Assembly: GCA_964016885.1 (NCBI GenBank)
Contig: OZ024742.1
Location: 178,436,001 to 178,500,000, forward strand
From: Eledone cirrhosa
Lineage: Eukaryota
Direction of reading: 5' to 3'
DNA: 64,000 bases
Shown here: positions 63,666-64,000 of the stretch, one piece after another
Layout of the letters: each line of letters opens with the position of its first letter
Numbering within the stretch: the stretch's first letter is position 1
Translations under genes and position numbers: made by a program
The notes under the pieces: model-generated
Seen by the model: only the letters and a program-made list of their open reading frames with translations
The model's database searches: none
Told to the model about the DNA's origin: nothing

Positions 63666-64000
63666 TTACCATTACCATTTATTGCTGGGCTATTTCTCCT
63701 AAGACGCTCATTATGCATTCTATTCTACCTGAAATTCTGCAGTTCTTCAGCATTCATGTTTTCTAATCTAAGTCTATGCACTGCTCTCTCCTGCTTGAGA
63801 AAATATACTCATTCATTCTTATGGATATGATCTTTTTTCTTATCTTGATTGATCATGCTCCAAATATTCTTGATGCCCCTCATGTTCCATATTTTTTTCC
63901 TTGTTGCCTGAGTCTTTGTTCCTCTAAATATTATTGACATTCATCTTATAGCATACAATCTCTTCTCTCCTGTTGCCTTAGTCTAGCTTGCTTTAAGTAA

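Larger units (their letters stand above)
62084..64000 (-). mobile_element. Internally deleted autonomous Helitron relic
   Basis: RepHel peptides (see the pseudogene entry); putative 3' end GGGTTCCACTAG|T at 62084. Confidence 0.85.

Overview
AT-rich, repeat-saturated eukaryotic DNA. The SINE, MITE and microsatellite inventory looks like a coleoid cephalopod, most likely Octopus (inferred from repeat families, not from a database search). No complete protein-coding gene can be supported, and nearly all ORFs in the track come from microsatellites or decayed transposons. The window holds three tRNA-derived SINE families, decayed LINEs (RTE, Tx1/L1-type, CRE-type), three TTAA-targeting piggyBac-like MITE families, hAT and Tc1/mariner MITEs, a young non-autonomous Helitron, an internally deleted autonomous Helitron relic, and many micro- and minisatellites. 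Splice signals weakly suggest the 5' end of a minus-strand gene leaving the window at position 1. The most interesting signal is an ATTAT-targeting SINE whose tail resembles that of a Tx1-like LINE, together with a TSD-flanked copy that carried about 105 bp of unique flanking DNA 2 kb away. Other notable items are a CpG-rich 21-bp array open on both strands, several long hairpins and inverted repeats (candidate dsRNA), and duplicated motif modules in CpG-rich islands.
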